Assembly: GCA_903840265.1 (NCBI GenBank)
Contig: CAIMFH010000187.1
Span: forward strand, 12,554 to 76,553
Direction of reading: 5' to 3'
Source: an uncultured Schlesneria sp.
Lineage (GTDB): Bacteria; Planctomycetota; Planctomycetia; Planctomycetales; Planctomycetaceae
Length of the DNA stretch: 64,000 nt
Made by a program: the position numbers and the translations under genes. Under the pieces are notes generated by a model. That model saw nothing but the letters and a program-made list of their open reading frames with translations, was not told the origin of the DNA and did no database searches. Shown piece by piece: positions 19,292-28,450 of the stretch; positions within the stretch are counted from its first letter, which is position 1; the number at the start of each line of letters is the position of its first letter.

Positions 19292-21466
19292 ATGACGGCA
19301 ACAAGTGTTGGCATGGGATGGATCGAGATTTTGCTGCTGGTGCTGGGGGGCGGCGGCCTGTTGGGAACACCTCCCGCAGATCGCGACCCTGCCTTTCTGA
19401 AGGCGGCGCCTCAGAACAGCCTGGCCTATGTCGAGTGGGCGGCACGCGGGCCAGGGAAGCCAGGTGCTGCAGGCATCGATGGATTCGTGGCCGATCCCGA
19501 AATCGTCGCCCTCCTTCAGGCAATCGATCAGCTGCTGGCTCCGACCGAAGCTAGCTCCCCTCCGGGTACGGAGATCGAAGTCGATCAGCAACCTTTCAAT
19601 CGGGACGCGTTGCGGTTAGCGAAACTGGTGACGGCTCATTCGGGCTGCCTGTTTGGGTTCGCCGATCCGCCGCGGGCTCCGAAGGGATTGCTGGATGTCT
19701 TGAAACCCGGTGATGCGTTGTCTCAGTTTCACGCCTGCCTAGTGGTGAACACCGGGGCCGATGCGGCCGGCATCGTTGACGCTTTCAATCGAGCCACGCG
19801 GAACCAGGTTCCGGCACAGCCGCAGATGGTTCAGGTGCCTGGCCCTCAGGGAGTGAAACTGACTGTCCATCAGCAAGGTGATCGATTGTTGGTCGGATTC
19901 GGCCAAGGAACGATCGAACGAGCCTTGGCTGGCCTGTCTGGTGCCGGCCCCGGCTTGGATGCCAATCCTCGGTTTGCGGCGGGTTGGAAACGCGTCGCGG
20001 CAGAACGTGTCGGGTCGCTGGCTTGGATCGACACCAAGGGAGCAACGGACGCCGCGATCCAATCGCTCGGCCCAGCCGGATTGATCGCCCAAACCGTCTT
20101 GCGCGGGGCCGGGATCGATGCGATCGACTGCGTCGTCGCCGGAACAGGTGTCGTGAACGGAAACGTTATTCAGCGGACATTCATCTCCACCGGTGGGCGG
20201 TCTGATGGGGTGCTGATGCTCGTGAAGAACCAGGCTCTCAAGCCAGAGCAGTTTGCTCATATTCCAGCGGACAGCGATATGGTGTTGGCCACCAGTTTGG
20301 ATCTGGGTCAACTCGTAAATGGCGTTCGCGAACTGGTCGCCAAGACGAATCCGCTGTCGCTGAAGGTCTTCGATCAAGCGACTCGCGAATTTGAAGCGGA
20401 ACTCGGATTAAGCCTGGCGGCCGACCTGTACCCCGCCTTCGGAAACGCATGGACCGTCTTCAACTCGCCGCTCGAAGGTGGGATGTTCGGCAGCAACACA
20501 ATCGTCGCCTTAGAGGTGCGAGACCCCGTCAAGGCCCAGATCGTCCTCGATCGACTGATGCAATTGCTCGAGCAATCACTGTCGTCGGAAAATGACGCCG
20601 ACTATGGTTCCACGGCCGAGTTGAAGCATCACGAGTTCATGGGACACGGCATCAGTTACATTCGCCGTGCGGGCGGGTCGTTTGGGCCCACGGTGTCGAC
20701 GTCGCCGTCGTTCTGCCTGACGAGAGGCCACATCTTGTTTGCGTTGCATCCGCAAGCGATCAAATCGCATCTGCGATATCTCAGCCAGCCGCGCCCAGGC
20801 TTTGAAACGGTCGCTCGCACCAAGCTGTCTCTGTCTGATCAGGAGTTGTTGTTTGCGGGATATCTGGATGGGGCGCGATCCACAAAAAACCTCAGCGGTT
20901 TGGCTCCTTTTTTGGCGCAAACCCTCACCGACATGGCCCAAAGCCACGGAGTGGAATTTGATCCCTTTGTGATTCCCTCCACAGCGGCACTGGTTCCTTA
21001 TGCGGGTGATGTCACGACATCGATCGCTCGCCAAAAAGACGGATTGTTCGTGGAGTCGAAGAATCCACAGCTCGCGATTGCGTTGGTGATGGCCCTCGGA
21101 TCGGTCAAATCACTGTTTCGCGGCGAGTATGAAATGCTGCTGGAAGCCAAGCGGCAACGAGCCCATTCCGTGGAACACGCGGGACTCGGCAGTCCCGATG
21201 GCCAGGTTGTTCCCGCCGCCGCCGTGAAGCCAGAGGCACCGAAGGAGCCTGTCGCTGGAGCGGTCGCGCGACGCGTCACGCCTTTGCTATTGAGGGCCCT
21301 CGTCCCCGATGGGGTGCAGATCATGATCCCGGACGAAGCCTTTCAGCCACCATCACCCGAAGTGCTGCAGATGCGAGAAGAGCGACGGAAGCTAAACGAA
21401 GAGAAGCGACGTCAGCGACTAGAACGCCGTGGCTTGCCACTGCCGCCACCGCCTCCACCACGTTAA
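19292..21466 (+). CDS. Large hypothetical exported/membrane-anchored protein
   Basis: 724-aa ORF with typical codon usage, an N-terminal hydrophobic segment and a Pro/charged tail. The start may be 19313. Confidence 0.8.
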   Translation: MTATSVGMGWIEILLLVLGGGGLLGTPPADRDPAFLKAAPQNSLAYVEWAARGPGKPGAAGIDGFVADPEIVALLQAIDQLLAPTEASSPPGTEIEVDQQPFNRDALRLAKLVTAHSGCLFGFADPPRAPKGLLDVLKPGDALSQFHACLVVNTGADAAGIVDAFNRATRNQVPAQPQMVQVPGPQGVKLTVHQQGDRLLVGFGQGTIERALAGLSGAGPGLDANPRFAAGWKRVAAERVGSLAWIDTKGATDAAIQSLGPAGLIAQTVLRGAGIDAIDCVVAGTGVVNGNVIQRTFISTGGRSDGVLMLVKNQALKPEQFAHIPADSDMVLATSLDLGQLVNGVRELVAKTNPLSLKVFDQATREFEAELGLSLAADLYPAFGNAWTVFNSPLEGGMFGSNTIVALEVRDPVKAQIVLDRLMQLLEQSLSSENDADYGSTAELKHHEFMGHGISYIRRAGGSFGPTVSTSPSFCLTRGHILFALHPQAIKSHLRYLSQPRPGFETVARTKLSLSDQELLFAGYLDGARSTKNLSGLAPFLAQTLTDMAQSHGVEFDPFVIPSTAALVPYAGDVTTSIARQKDGLFVESKNPQLAIALVMALGSVKSLFRGEYEMLLEAKRQRAHSVEHAGLGSPDGQVVPAAAVKPEAPKEPVAGAVARRVTPLLLRALVPDGVQIMIPDEAFQPPSPEVLQMREERRKLNEEKRRQRLERRGLPLPPPPPPR

Positions 21467-21504
21467 TGATCACGTTCGACCCTCGGACATAGCTCCATTT
21501 TTTC

Positions 21505-21891
21505 GTGGGATGGGCTTCAAGCCCTTCGCCCTTTCACGAGATCACGAATTGCTATCCGATGCGAGCGATTCGCAGCGGCAAATACAAGTTGATCTTCAAC
21601 ATCGCGAACCCGTTGCCGTACCCATTTGCTTCAGACCTGTACGACTCACCGACTTGGCAGGCAGTCGTTCAGCGAAAGACACCAACGGAAGTCTATGGCC
21701 ATTGGACCGTGCAGGATTATGTGCATCGACTACGTTTTGAACTGTTCGACCTGCAGGCTGACCCCAATGAGACAAGGAATCTAGCCTCAGATACGGATCA
21801 CAAAGAACTGCTGGAGACCCTTCAATCCAAGCTGCGAGCCTGGCAAAAGCAAACGCAGGATCCCTGGGAATTGAAGTGGACTTACGAGTGA
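21505..21891 (+). pseudogene. C-terminal fragment of a sulfatase (N-sulfoglucosamine sulfohydrolase-like)
   Basis: FHEITNCYPMRAIRSGKYKLIFN..LPYPFASDL..FELFDLQADPNETRNLA..LRAWQKQTQDPW. The catalytic N-terminal region (CxPxR motif) is absent. Confidence 0.75.
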
Positions 21892-21916
21892 TCCGCGGTT
21901 CGTTCCAAGGGCAACA

Positions 21917-22141
21917 ATGTCAAAACACCGCTTCACACTCGTCGCCATTTCACTTTCCCTCGGCGTGACACTTTGGCTTATTTCAGAGTCATTCGTGTCC
22001 TATGCAGGATCCGTAACAGCGCGCGAGATGCAACAGCTTTTCCAAATCAAAATCCTCTGTCTGGGGTCGCTGATTGCCCTCCTTCAACTGACCGCAGTGA
22101 TCGTGCTCTCAATCGGGCGAGCGGATCCCAAATCTCCGTAA
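21917..22141 (+). CDS. Small two-TM hypothetical protein
   Basis: 74-aa ORF with two hydrophobic segments. Confidence 0.5.
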   Translation: MSKHRFTLVAISLSLGVTLWLISESFVSYAGSVTAREMQQLFQIKILCLGSLIALLQLTAVIVLSIGRADPKSP

Positions 22142-22217
22142 ACTCACGTTCTGCAGCTTCGGAATCCGTCCGCCGGATAGGTCTGCTTTTCTGACGTTGT
22201 TTATTGGAAACACGTGG

Positions 22218-22247
22218 TTTTGTGGCATCACGAGCGCTGCCAGAAAA
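22218..22247. promoter_or_regulatory. Inverted repeat, candidate enhancer (bEBP) site
   Basis: TTTTGTGGCA-N10-TGCCAGAAAA (9/10 match), about 95-125 nt upstream of a sigma54 box. Confidence 0.4.
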
Positions 22248-22341
22248 CAACGCCCGCGACATAACCGCGATCCTATCCTCGCAACGCAACATGCACAGCA
22301 AAAAGCACTTACAGCAACATATAAAGAACAGACACAGGTCT

Positions 22342-22356
22342 TGGCACAGGGCTTGC
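22342..22356 (+). promoter_or_regulatory. Sigma54 -24/-12 promoter
   Basis: TGGCACAGGGCTTGC is an exact match to TGGCAC-N5-TTGC and is preceded by an A-rich stretch. Confidence 0.65.
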
Positions 22357-22408
22357 CTTAGTGAAGTTCATCAACTTCAAAAGGTAGTCGCCAGCCAGAA
22401 GACCAGCC

Positions 22409-22597
22409 ATGAGCATCATCGCTTGCCAGCCAGTCAATCACCACCATCACCACCACATGCATGCTCATCGGCACCGACATCTGATTCACCTGCACGCTCA
22501 TCGCCAGCTGAAAATCGTCCCCCACGTCGCCCCCAACGGTCGTGTCACTTCCAAGGTCGTCAGCGGACCAGGCTCGCTGATTAACGTCCTCGCTTAA
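22409..22597 (+). CDS. 62-aa His-rich small protein
   Basis: MSIIACQPVNHHHHHHMHAHRHRHLIHLHAHR..GSLINVLA. It follows a sigma54 box and sits in otherwise empty intergenic space. Confidence 0.55.
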   Translation: MSIIACQPVNHHHHHHMHAHRHRHLIHLHAHRQLKIVPHVAPNGRVTSKVVSGPGSLINVLA

Positions 22598-22891
22598 CGA
22601 CGAACTCGCTCTCGTGGCCCGCATCTGGCGGCGCCCCCCTCTAAATCATCTAACTCGCTTTCCGACTCAATACCCTCTCAAAAAAGGCTCTTCCCCGGAT
22701 CATCGGGCACCGCCGATCGGTCAATTCCGGGCGATCTATGACCGAGATTCTGACAACCGGGTTGAGGCCAAACCTGCGGAATCGTAGAATCCGCATTCGT
22801 TTGGAAGCTGACCTGCGGTCCGTTCCGGCTGGCAGACCTTCCCAAGATTCCGTTGACTGGAACGTCGCGAGCTACACGGAGTGCCTGTTTG

Positions 22892-24037
22892 ATGTCGAAT
22901 TATCTTTTCACCAGTGAATCGGTCAGTATGGGCCACCCCGACAAGGTGGCCGACCAGATTTCCGATGGGGTGCTGGATGCCCTGCTGGCTCAGGATCCAC
23001 GTTCGCGCGTGGCCTGTGAAACACTGTGTACCACGGATCTGGTCGTTCTGTCTGGTGAAATCACGACACAGGGCAAGATCGATTACGTTGAAATCGCCCG
23101 CGATGTCGTCAAAGACATCGGCTACACCTTCGACAACGTCGGTTTCCATCACGAAACCTGCAAGGTGCTGGTCGCGATTCACAGCCAAAGCCCAGACATC
23201 GCCATGGGTGTCGACCGCGAAGGGGCCGGCGACCAGGGTTTGATGTTTGGTTATGCCTGCAATCAGACCCCTGAGCTGATGCCGCTGCCAATCGCCTTGT
23301 CGCATCGCATCATCAACCGCCTGACGGAAGCTCGTCAGAAGAAGGAAGTCGACTGGCTGCGTCCTGACGCCAAGAGCCAAGTCACCGTTGAATACGATGC
23401 GAACAACAAGCCGATCGGTATCTCGGCTGTCGTTGTTTCAACTCAGCATCATCAGGACGTGTCGCAAGCCGACATCGCCAAGTTTGTGACCAATGAAGTC
23501 GTGAACAAGTCGGTCCCTGCCGAACTACTGTCTTCGAAGACCAAGTACCACATCAACCCCACGGGCAACTTCGTGGTGGGCGGTCCTCACGGTGACACCG
23601 GCCTGACTGGCCGCAAGATCATCGTCGATACCTATGGTGGCTGGGGCCGTCACGGTGGTGGTGCCTTCAGTGGTAAGGATCCAACCAAGGTCGACCGTTC
23701 CGCAGCCTACATGGCTCGTCACGTTGCCAAGAACATCGTCGCCGCTGGCTTGGCCTCGGAATGCGAAGTTCAACTGGCTTACGCGATCGGTGTCGCCGAT
23801 CCAGTCAGCATCCGCGTCTCCACCAATGGCACCAGTGTCATCAGTGAAGACAAGATCGTTGGCCTGGTTCGCGAACACTTCAAGCTGACACCACTGGGTA
23901 TCATTGAGTACTTGAAGCTGCGTCGACCAATCTACCGCAAGACCGCGAGTGGCGGCCACTTTGGACGTAACGACGCCGACTTCTCCTGGGAAGCGACGAA
24001 TAAGGCTGCCGATTTGAAGAAGGCGGCCGGAATTTAA
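22892..24037 (+). CDS. metK: Methionine adenosyltransferase
   Basis: [32 protein letters not shown] and [19 protein letters not shown]. Confidence 0.98.
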   Translation: MSNYLFTSESVSMGHPDKVADQISDGVLDALLAQDPRSRVACETLCTTDLVVLSGEITTQGKIDYVEIARDVVKDIGYTFDNVGFHHETCKVLVAIHSQSPDIAMGVDREGAGDQGLMFGYACNQTPELMPLPIALSHRIINRLTEARQKKEVDWLRPDAKSQVTVEYDANNKPIGISAVVVSTQHHQDVSQADIAKFVTNEVVNKSVPAELLSSKTKYHINPTGNFVVGGPHGDTGLTGRKIIVDTYGGWGRHGGGAFSGKDPTKVDRSAAYMARHVAKNIVAAGLASECEVQLAYAIGVADPVSIRVSTNGTSVISEDKIVGLVREHFKLTPLGIIEYLKLRRPIYRKTASGGHFGRNDADFSWEATNKAADLKKAAGI

Positions 24038-24148
24038 GCTGCGATCGCCGATGACATCAACCGCGCTTTCGGGAGACGACCTCCCGAACGCCGGTTGGTT
24101 CATCATGATGACTTAATCGATTTGCGACTGTCGGATGGAAGGGAGTCC

Positions 24149-25018
24149 ATGCCGGATCAAGACGCTTTTAGAGCTTTGACGCTCGCAGGCCCACGGCGGC
24201 ATTCATTGGCCGTATGGATCTGGTCGGCGTTACTCATTGCCGATGTCGTGCTGGCAACTCGTCGCCTTTCGGGCCAGTTCACGGAATCGCTGCCGGCGGC
24301 ACTCGCCACCTTCAGCGGCCTGATCATTGCGATCACATCGTTGGCCGCGTGGTCTTTGTACACGTCCGTCCCTCGGCCGCAGACTACAAAGCTGCTCTCA
24401 CTTGCCCCACAAGCAGTCTCGTTGGCCATCACCGCGATCTGGTGTTGGGCACTCTCCGCTGCGACCAGTCCGCTGGCTGCGGGCGTGTTGTTCTCCATCG
24501 TTCTTCTCCAACTTGGTGTGCTCGCAGCGTCATCAGACCTGACGTGGAGTGAAGCTCCACCACGAATATCGCATTCTGAACTTCCAGTCATGCCAGAGAT
24601 GCCGGCCCCTGTTGTAGCGACCATTTCAGAGCCGACATTCTCTGTGCAAAGTGACGAGCCGTTCGTCGAGGAGACGGAGTTCGCCGAAGAAGGGTCAGGG
24701 GAGATCGACGAAGGCCAGTCGCTGTGGCTGTCTCGCCGCACGACCGATGACACCGAGCAGATCGAGGGTTGGGTCCGAGTCGAATTCGCGGCCGGCCAAC
24801 GGGAAACAATGATCCACGTCGCGTTTTGCCCTCCATTACCAGGCATCCCTGAGATCGAAACCGAAGACCTGGAAGGATCGGATCTGGAGATCCGCGTCGC
24901 CGCGGCCTTCGCGTTCGGTGCCAGGATCTCTGTGCGTCGCAGCAACCCCTTGGAGGAATCGACCACAGATCGAGTTGGATTCTTCGCGCAAGCACGCGCG
25001 GCCAATCGCGCCGCTTAG
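24149..25018 (+). CDS. Hypothetical membrane protein (four TM plus soluble C-terminal domain)
   Basis: Hydrophobic N-half, acidic linker and C-terminal IHVAFCPPL..P.IE motif. GGGAG RBS before ATG 24149. Confidence 0.75.
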   Translation: MPDQDAFRALTLAGPRRHSLAVWIWSALLIADVVLATRRLSGQFTESLPAALATFSGLIIAITSLAAWSLYTSVPRPQTTKLLSLAPQAVSLAITAIWCWALSAATSPLAAGVLFSIVLLQLGVLAASSDLTWSEAPPRISHSELPVMPEMPAPVVATISEPTFSVQSDEPFVEETEFAEEGSGEIDEGQSLWLSRRTTDDTEQIEGWVRVEFAAGQRETMIHVAFCPPLPGIPEIETEDLEGSDLEIRVAAAFAFGARISVRRSNPLEESTTDRVGFFAQARAANRAA

Positions 25019-25084
25019 ATTGAGCATCGCAACGAATGGGTTTTCGACGGGAATAGCCACGCTTCACTGAATGCCGTGCAATCC

Positions 25085-25561
25085 ATGCTGACATTCTTCA
25101 ACAGTTGGCGACGAACAACGGGCTGCGTTCTGCTCGCAATGGCACTCGTTTCAATGGGCGGGTGGATAAGAAGTCGGCATCTTCAAGATCAGCTTATCAT
25201 CGCGCATCAGAATTCCGTCCACATTCTCATGTCCATGAACGGCGCGTTGGCCTGGTCGCGTTCTTCGCCATCTTATTTGACCGCCCCCATCTATTGGTCA
25301 TCAAAAAGATTCAACAAGGCGATGGAAGATTCATGGGATGGTGCTGAGGTTCGTTGGAAATGGCAGCGCTTTGGTTTCGATTTTGGGGCCGGATCGTATA
25401 CGGACAAGTCTTCCATTGGTGGAGTCTTTACTCGACGAGTTGAACTGTGGCAAATCCCGTACTGGGCTATCACCATCCCGCTAACACTGCTCTCCGCCTA
25501 CCTGATTCTCTGGAAGCCAAATCGAGTACCGCCAAATACCGAGAGCCCAATTCATGCGTAG
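25085..25561 (+). CDS. Two-TM paralog array, member 1
   Basis: MLTFFNSWRRTTGC..GWIRS ... IPYWAITIPLTLLSAYLILWKP. Confidence 0.85.
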   Translation: MLTFFNSWRRTTGCVLLAMALVSMGGWIRSRHLQDQLIIAHQNSVHILMSMNGALAWSRSSPSYLTAPIYWSSKRFNKAMEDSWDGAEVRWKWQRFGFDFGAGSYTDKSSIGGVFTRRVELWQIPYWAITIPLTLLSAYLILWKPNRVPPNTESPIHA

Positions 25562-26048
25562 CTTCTTGATTGGGTGGAGAAGAAAAACAGGTTGCATCTT
25601 GTTAATGGCGGCCCTGGCATTGATGGCTGGGTGGGTCAGGAGCAAGTATCTATTCGATGTGTGCAATTGTCCTATGGGGCAGAACTATGCGGTCGCCCTG
25701 ACATCATGGCAAGAATCGTTTGCAATCAGAGTTGGCTGGGACAAGGACGATCCTTGGAACGACTACTGTTGGGATACTCGTGATCATGACAACTGGGGCT
25801 ATGTCAATGATCCCGAGTCCACCTGTTATCGTTTCAAGCAACCGATTCCAGACGGCAGCGGATGTTTCGTCACTTGGTACTTGCTGAGTGATGGAGCTGG
25901 AATTGGAGTTACTCCACTCCACCAACGCTCGTATTGCAAAATGGTGTTCGCGATTGTCCCTTACTGGTCGGTCATTCTCCCGCTGACTCTGCTCTCTGCC
26001 TACCTGATCCTCTGGATGCCGCAGAAGCGGGTACAAATCAATGCGTGA
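25554..26048 (+). CDS. Two-TM paralog array, member 2
   Basis: MRSFLIGWRRKTGC..GWVRS ... VPYWSVILPLTLLSAYLILWMP. Overlaps member 1 by 8 nt (ATGCGTAG). Confidence 0.85.
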   Translation: MRSFLIGWRRKTGCILLMAALALMAGWVRSKYLFDVCNCPMGQNYAVALTSWQESFAIRVGWDKDDPWNDYCWDTRDHDNWGYVNDPESTCYRFKQPIPDGSGCFVTWYLLSDGAGIGVTPLHQRSYCKMVFAIVPYWSVILPLTLLSAYLILWMPQKRVQINA

Positions 26049-26607
26049 ATTCTTCCACGGATCGCGGCGGAAAGTAGGCTGCGTCATGCTGCTGATGGCG
26101 TGCTTGCTGACAACTTTGTGGATTAGAGCACTCAGGACAGCAGATATTATCTCCGTTAGTGGCGATCACAGAACTGCGTATGTGGTTGCCTCAAATCAAT
26201 ACGGACTCATGGGCCTCTTGGTGTACCCGGCGGAAGCAACAGTCTCATTGAGGATTCCTGAGACAACCAGCTGGTGGACACGACCAAATCAATCCTTCAA
26301 TCTCTTTGTCGATTGGCCTTGTGGGTGCGTCTGCATTGTTACGCACGTGATCGAACCAATCGCATTTCCTGATTGGGAAACTTACCCCGCCGTGAAGCGC
26401 AATTGCGTTCTGGACAAGATTTGGTGCGGATTCCACCTCGGCCACAATCTCTCCAATGCGCACGGCGCGTACAATAAAGAGATGAGATATTTTGTCGTCC
26501 CCTGCTGGTCGCTCGTGACCCCATTGACTCTGCTGTCTGCCTACCTGATTCTCTGGAAGCCACGTCGACTACCCCCACCAAAAACCGAAAACCCATTCAA
26601 GGCGTAG
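26041..26607 (+). CDS. Two-TM paralog array, member 3
   Basis: MREFFHGSRRKVGC..LWIRA ... VPCWSLVTPLTLLSAYLILWKP. Overlaps member 2 by 8 nt (ATGCGTGA). Confidence 0.85.
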   Translation: MREFFHGSRRKVGCVMLLMACLLTTLWIRALRTADIISVSGDHRTAYVVASNQYGLMGLLVYPAEATVSLRIPETTSWWTRPNQSFNLFVDWPCGCVCIVTHVIEPIAFPDWETYPAVKRNCVLDKIWCGFHLGHNLSNAHGAYNKEMRYFVVPCWSLVTPLTLLSAYLILWKPRRLPPPKTENPFKA

Positions 26608-26729
26608 CGCCTTCCGTCGTTGGCGATGAAGAGCGCGTGCAGAAATTATTTGATCCTGAGGAGTTCTTCGACGTTGAGTGGAGGTGGGATTGAGCGGGAT
26701 TTCATTTCGCGCGAGGGGAGCTTTGAATC

Positions 26730-27134
26730 ATCGGCGAGTTCTTCTGGGGTTGGCGACGGAAAGTTGGCAGCGTTCTGGTGGCGCTGGCGATCACGAGCAT
26801 GTGGATTCGCAGCGTATATGTGAAAGACGTCTTCGTTCCTCCGCAATGGGTTGGACTTAAAGCGTCATTGCTCTCGCTTGAGCATTCGATCGCCTACCAG
26901 CATTTCGATACCGCCGCTCCTACGTCGGAGCGTTTGTGGGTTTCGTTCTCGATTGACGGCTCCGAGATCAATGCTCCTGGCCACAACTGGCAATGGAGGT
27001 CTAACGGATTCGGCTATATTTCCGATCGAGGGAGGACTTGCCTGGTAATCCCATACTGGTCCCTCGCCGTCCCGATCACGCTTCTCTCAGCTTGCCTGAT
27101 TCTTTGGAAGCCGCGGAAGAAGGCGGTGATTTGA
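26730..27134 (+). CDS. Two-TM paralog array, member 4 (ATC at the expected start position)
   Basis: ATC-GEFFWGWRRKVGSVLVALAITSMWIRS ... IPYWSLAVPITLLSACLILWKP. An in-frame TGA lies just upstream, and GAGGGGAG is RBS-like. Confidence 0.7.
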   Translation: MGEFFWGWRRKVGSVLVALAITSMWIRSVYVKDVFVPPQWVGLKASLLSLEHSIAYQHFDTAAPTSERLWVSFSIDGSEINAPGHNWQWRSNGFGYISDRGRTCLVIPYWSLAVPITLLSACLILWKPRKKAVI

Positions 27135-27625
27135 TGCGTGAGTTCTTCCGAGGTTGGCGGCGAAAAGCGGGCGTGATGACACTGGTAATGGCAACGGTGT
27201 TCTTGGGGGCATGGGTCAGAAACGTGGTCGTCACTGATCAATTCGAACTGGTGATCGGTGATTCGACGAATTACTTCACATCGACTGAAGGATATTTCCG
27301 ATGGACTCGACATGCACAAATAATTGTCGGGGATCCGTCAGTGATGTGGTACTCCGTTCCCCATGGTTCTCCATGGCAACCACTTGATGAGCAAGCCGCG
27401 ATTGAATGGCGATGGCGGTGGAACTGGTGTCTATTCGATTTCGGAAGTGGTCTCTTTCGAGGAGTTGCGTTGGTGGAATGGACGCTGCCTTGCTGGATTG
27501 GATTCCCCCTCACAGGCCTGTCTGCCGCGTTGCTAATTCTCAGCCCCCCAAAAGCTCGGCGGATCAAGGCGCCAGCGGAAGGACCATTAAAAACAAAACG
27601 CATCGTGCCTCTTGAGGAGACATGA
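27134..27625 (+). CDS. Two-TM paralog array, member 5
   Basis: MREFFRGWRRKAGVMTLVMA..AWVRN ... LPCWIGFPLTGLSAALLILSPP. TGATG overlap with member 4. Confidence 0.85.
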   Translation: MREFFRGWRRKAGVMTLVMATVFLGAWVRNVVVTDQFELVIGDSTNYFTSTEGYFRWTRHAQIIVGDPSVMWYSVPHGSPWQPLDEQAAIEWRWRWNWCLFDFGSGLFRGVALVEWTLPCWIGFPLTGLSAALLILSPPKARRIKAPAEGPLKTKRIVPLEET

Positions 27626-27658
27626 TGCGTTCGTGTTGTCACTTGTCGCTAACGAAGA

Positions 27659-28450
27659 TTATTGAGCAGGTCGTTGAGGTCGGTTGCCACCGCGTCCGCC
27701 ACCTTGTCCGCCGCCAGGACCACCTGGGCCGCGTCGTAGTTGGGCGACGTCGAAGTCTTTGCCCTTGAGCTTGGCGAATGCAGCCGTCTGGTCAGCGGTC
27801 AGCACAGCGGCCAGATCCTTGTCGCGGGTCTGATTCAACTCGCGGATCTTCTCGCCGTTTCCGCTACCAGCACCGCCGCCGCCGCCGCCTGCACCAAACA
27901 GTTCACGGCTCTTTTCGCCCGCTTCTTTGTTGATCGAAGCGATCTTGTCCTGTTGATCTTGCGTCAGCTTGAGTGCCTTCACCACTTCGGGATCAGCATA
28001 AGCTTGTGCGCCTTCGGCCTGCACGAGGATCTGGTCCAGTCGTTCGACTTGCTTGGCGTCGAGAACCGCGGCCAGTTTTGGCTTGTACTTTTCAGCAACG
28101 GCCTTGCTGGTCTCAGCCTGCTTGGCCATCATCTCGGCCATTTTCGTGCGGCGTTCGCTTTCTGGAAGATCGCGCAAGCCTGCGAAATCGCCGCTTGGTC
28201 GCAGTTCGGCGCGAGCTTCTTCGCCGAGAGTCTTGACCTTGGCGATTTGATCGTCCGTCAGGGCCAGTTCCTTCTGGACGGCTTCATTTCCCGCCAACGT
28301 GACCGCTGTCTGTCGACCACCCATCCCGAAACCACCACCACCTCGACCGCCGCGGCCACCTGCGCCTCCGGGCTGCGCGAACGCACTCGAGGCCATCAAT
28401 GCTGCCATTCCCAATGCTGCCAGACCTGTCCATGACCCTAAACGCATCAT
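27659..28450 (-). CDS. Secreted helical protein with Gly-rich ends (Spy/CpxP-like)
   Basis: Signal peptide, QKELALTDDQIAK, LKLTQDQQDKI and VLTADQ repeats resembling LTxxQ motifs. Confidence 0.75.
   Translation of the reverse strand: MMRLGSWTGLAALGMAALMASSAFAQPGGAGGRGGRGGGGFGMGGRQTAVTLAGNEAVQKELALTDDQIAKVKTLGEEARAELRPSGDFAGLRDLPESERRTKMAEMMAKQAETSKAVAEKYKPKLAAVLDAKQVERLDQILVQAEGAQAYADPEVVKALKLTQDQQDKIASINKEAGEKSRELFGAGGGGGGAGSGNGEKIRELNQTRDKDLAAVLTADQTAAFAKLKGKDFDVAQLRRGPGGPGGGQGGGRGGNRPQRPAQ

Noticed and set aside
22204-22624. Alternative ORFs 22204-22584 (+) and 22358-22624 (-)
   Set aside because: They run across the sigma54 promoter or are antisense to the His-rich ORF, which fits the promoter position better.
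22598-22891. Possible SAM riboswitch upstream of metK
   Set aside because: No SAM-I (AUC..AGA/GAGGGA) or SAM-II core is recognisable, only small generic hairpins.
25085-27625. Array as a CRISPR, integron or DGR locus
   Set aside because: No spaced direct repeats, attC hairpins, integrase, reverse transcriptase or adenine-specific TR/VR pair are visible in the window. It is reported only as cassette-like.
27622-27660. Possible further decayed array start (GAGGAG..ATGCGTTCGTGT) after member 5
   Set aside because: Only MRS matches the family start. The similarity is too weak to distinguish from chance.
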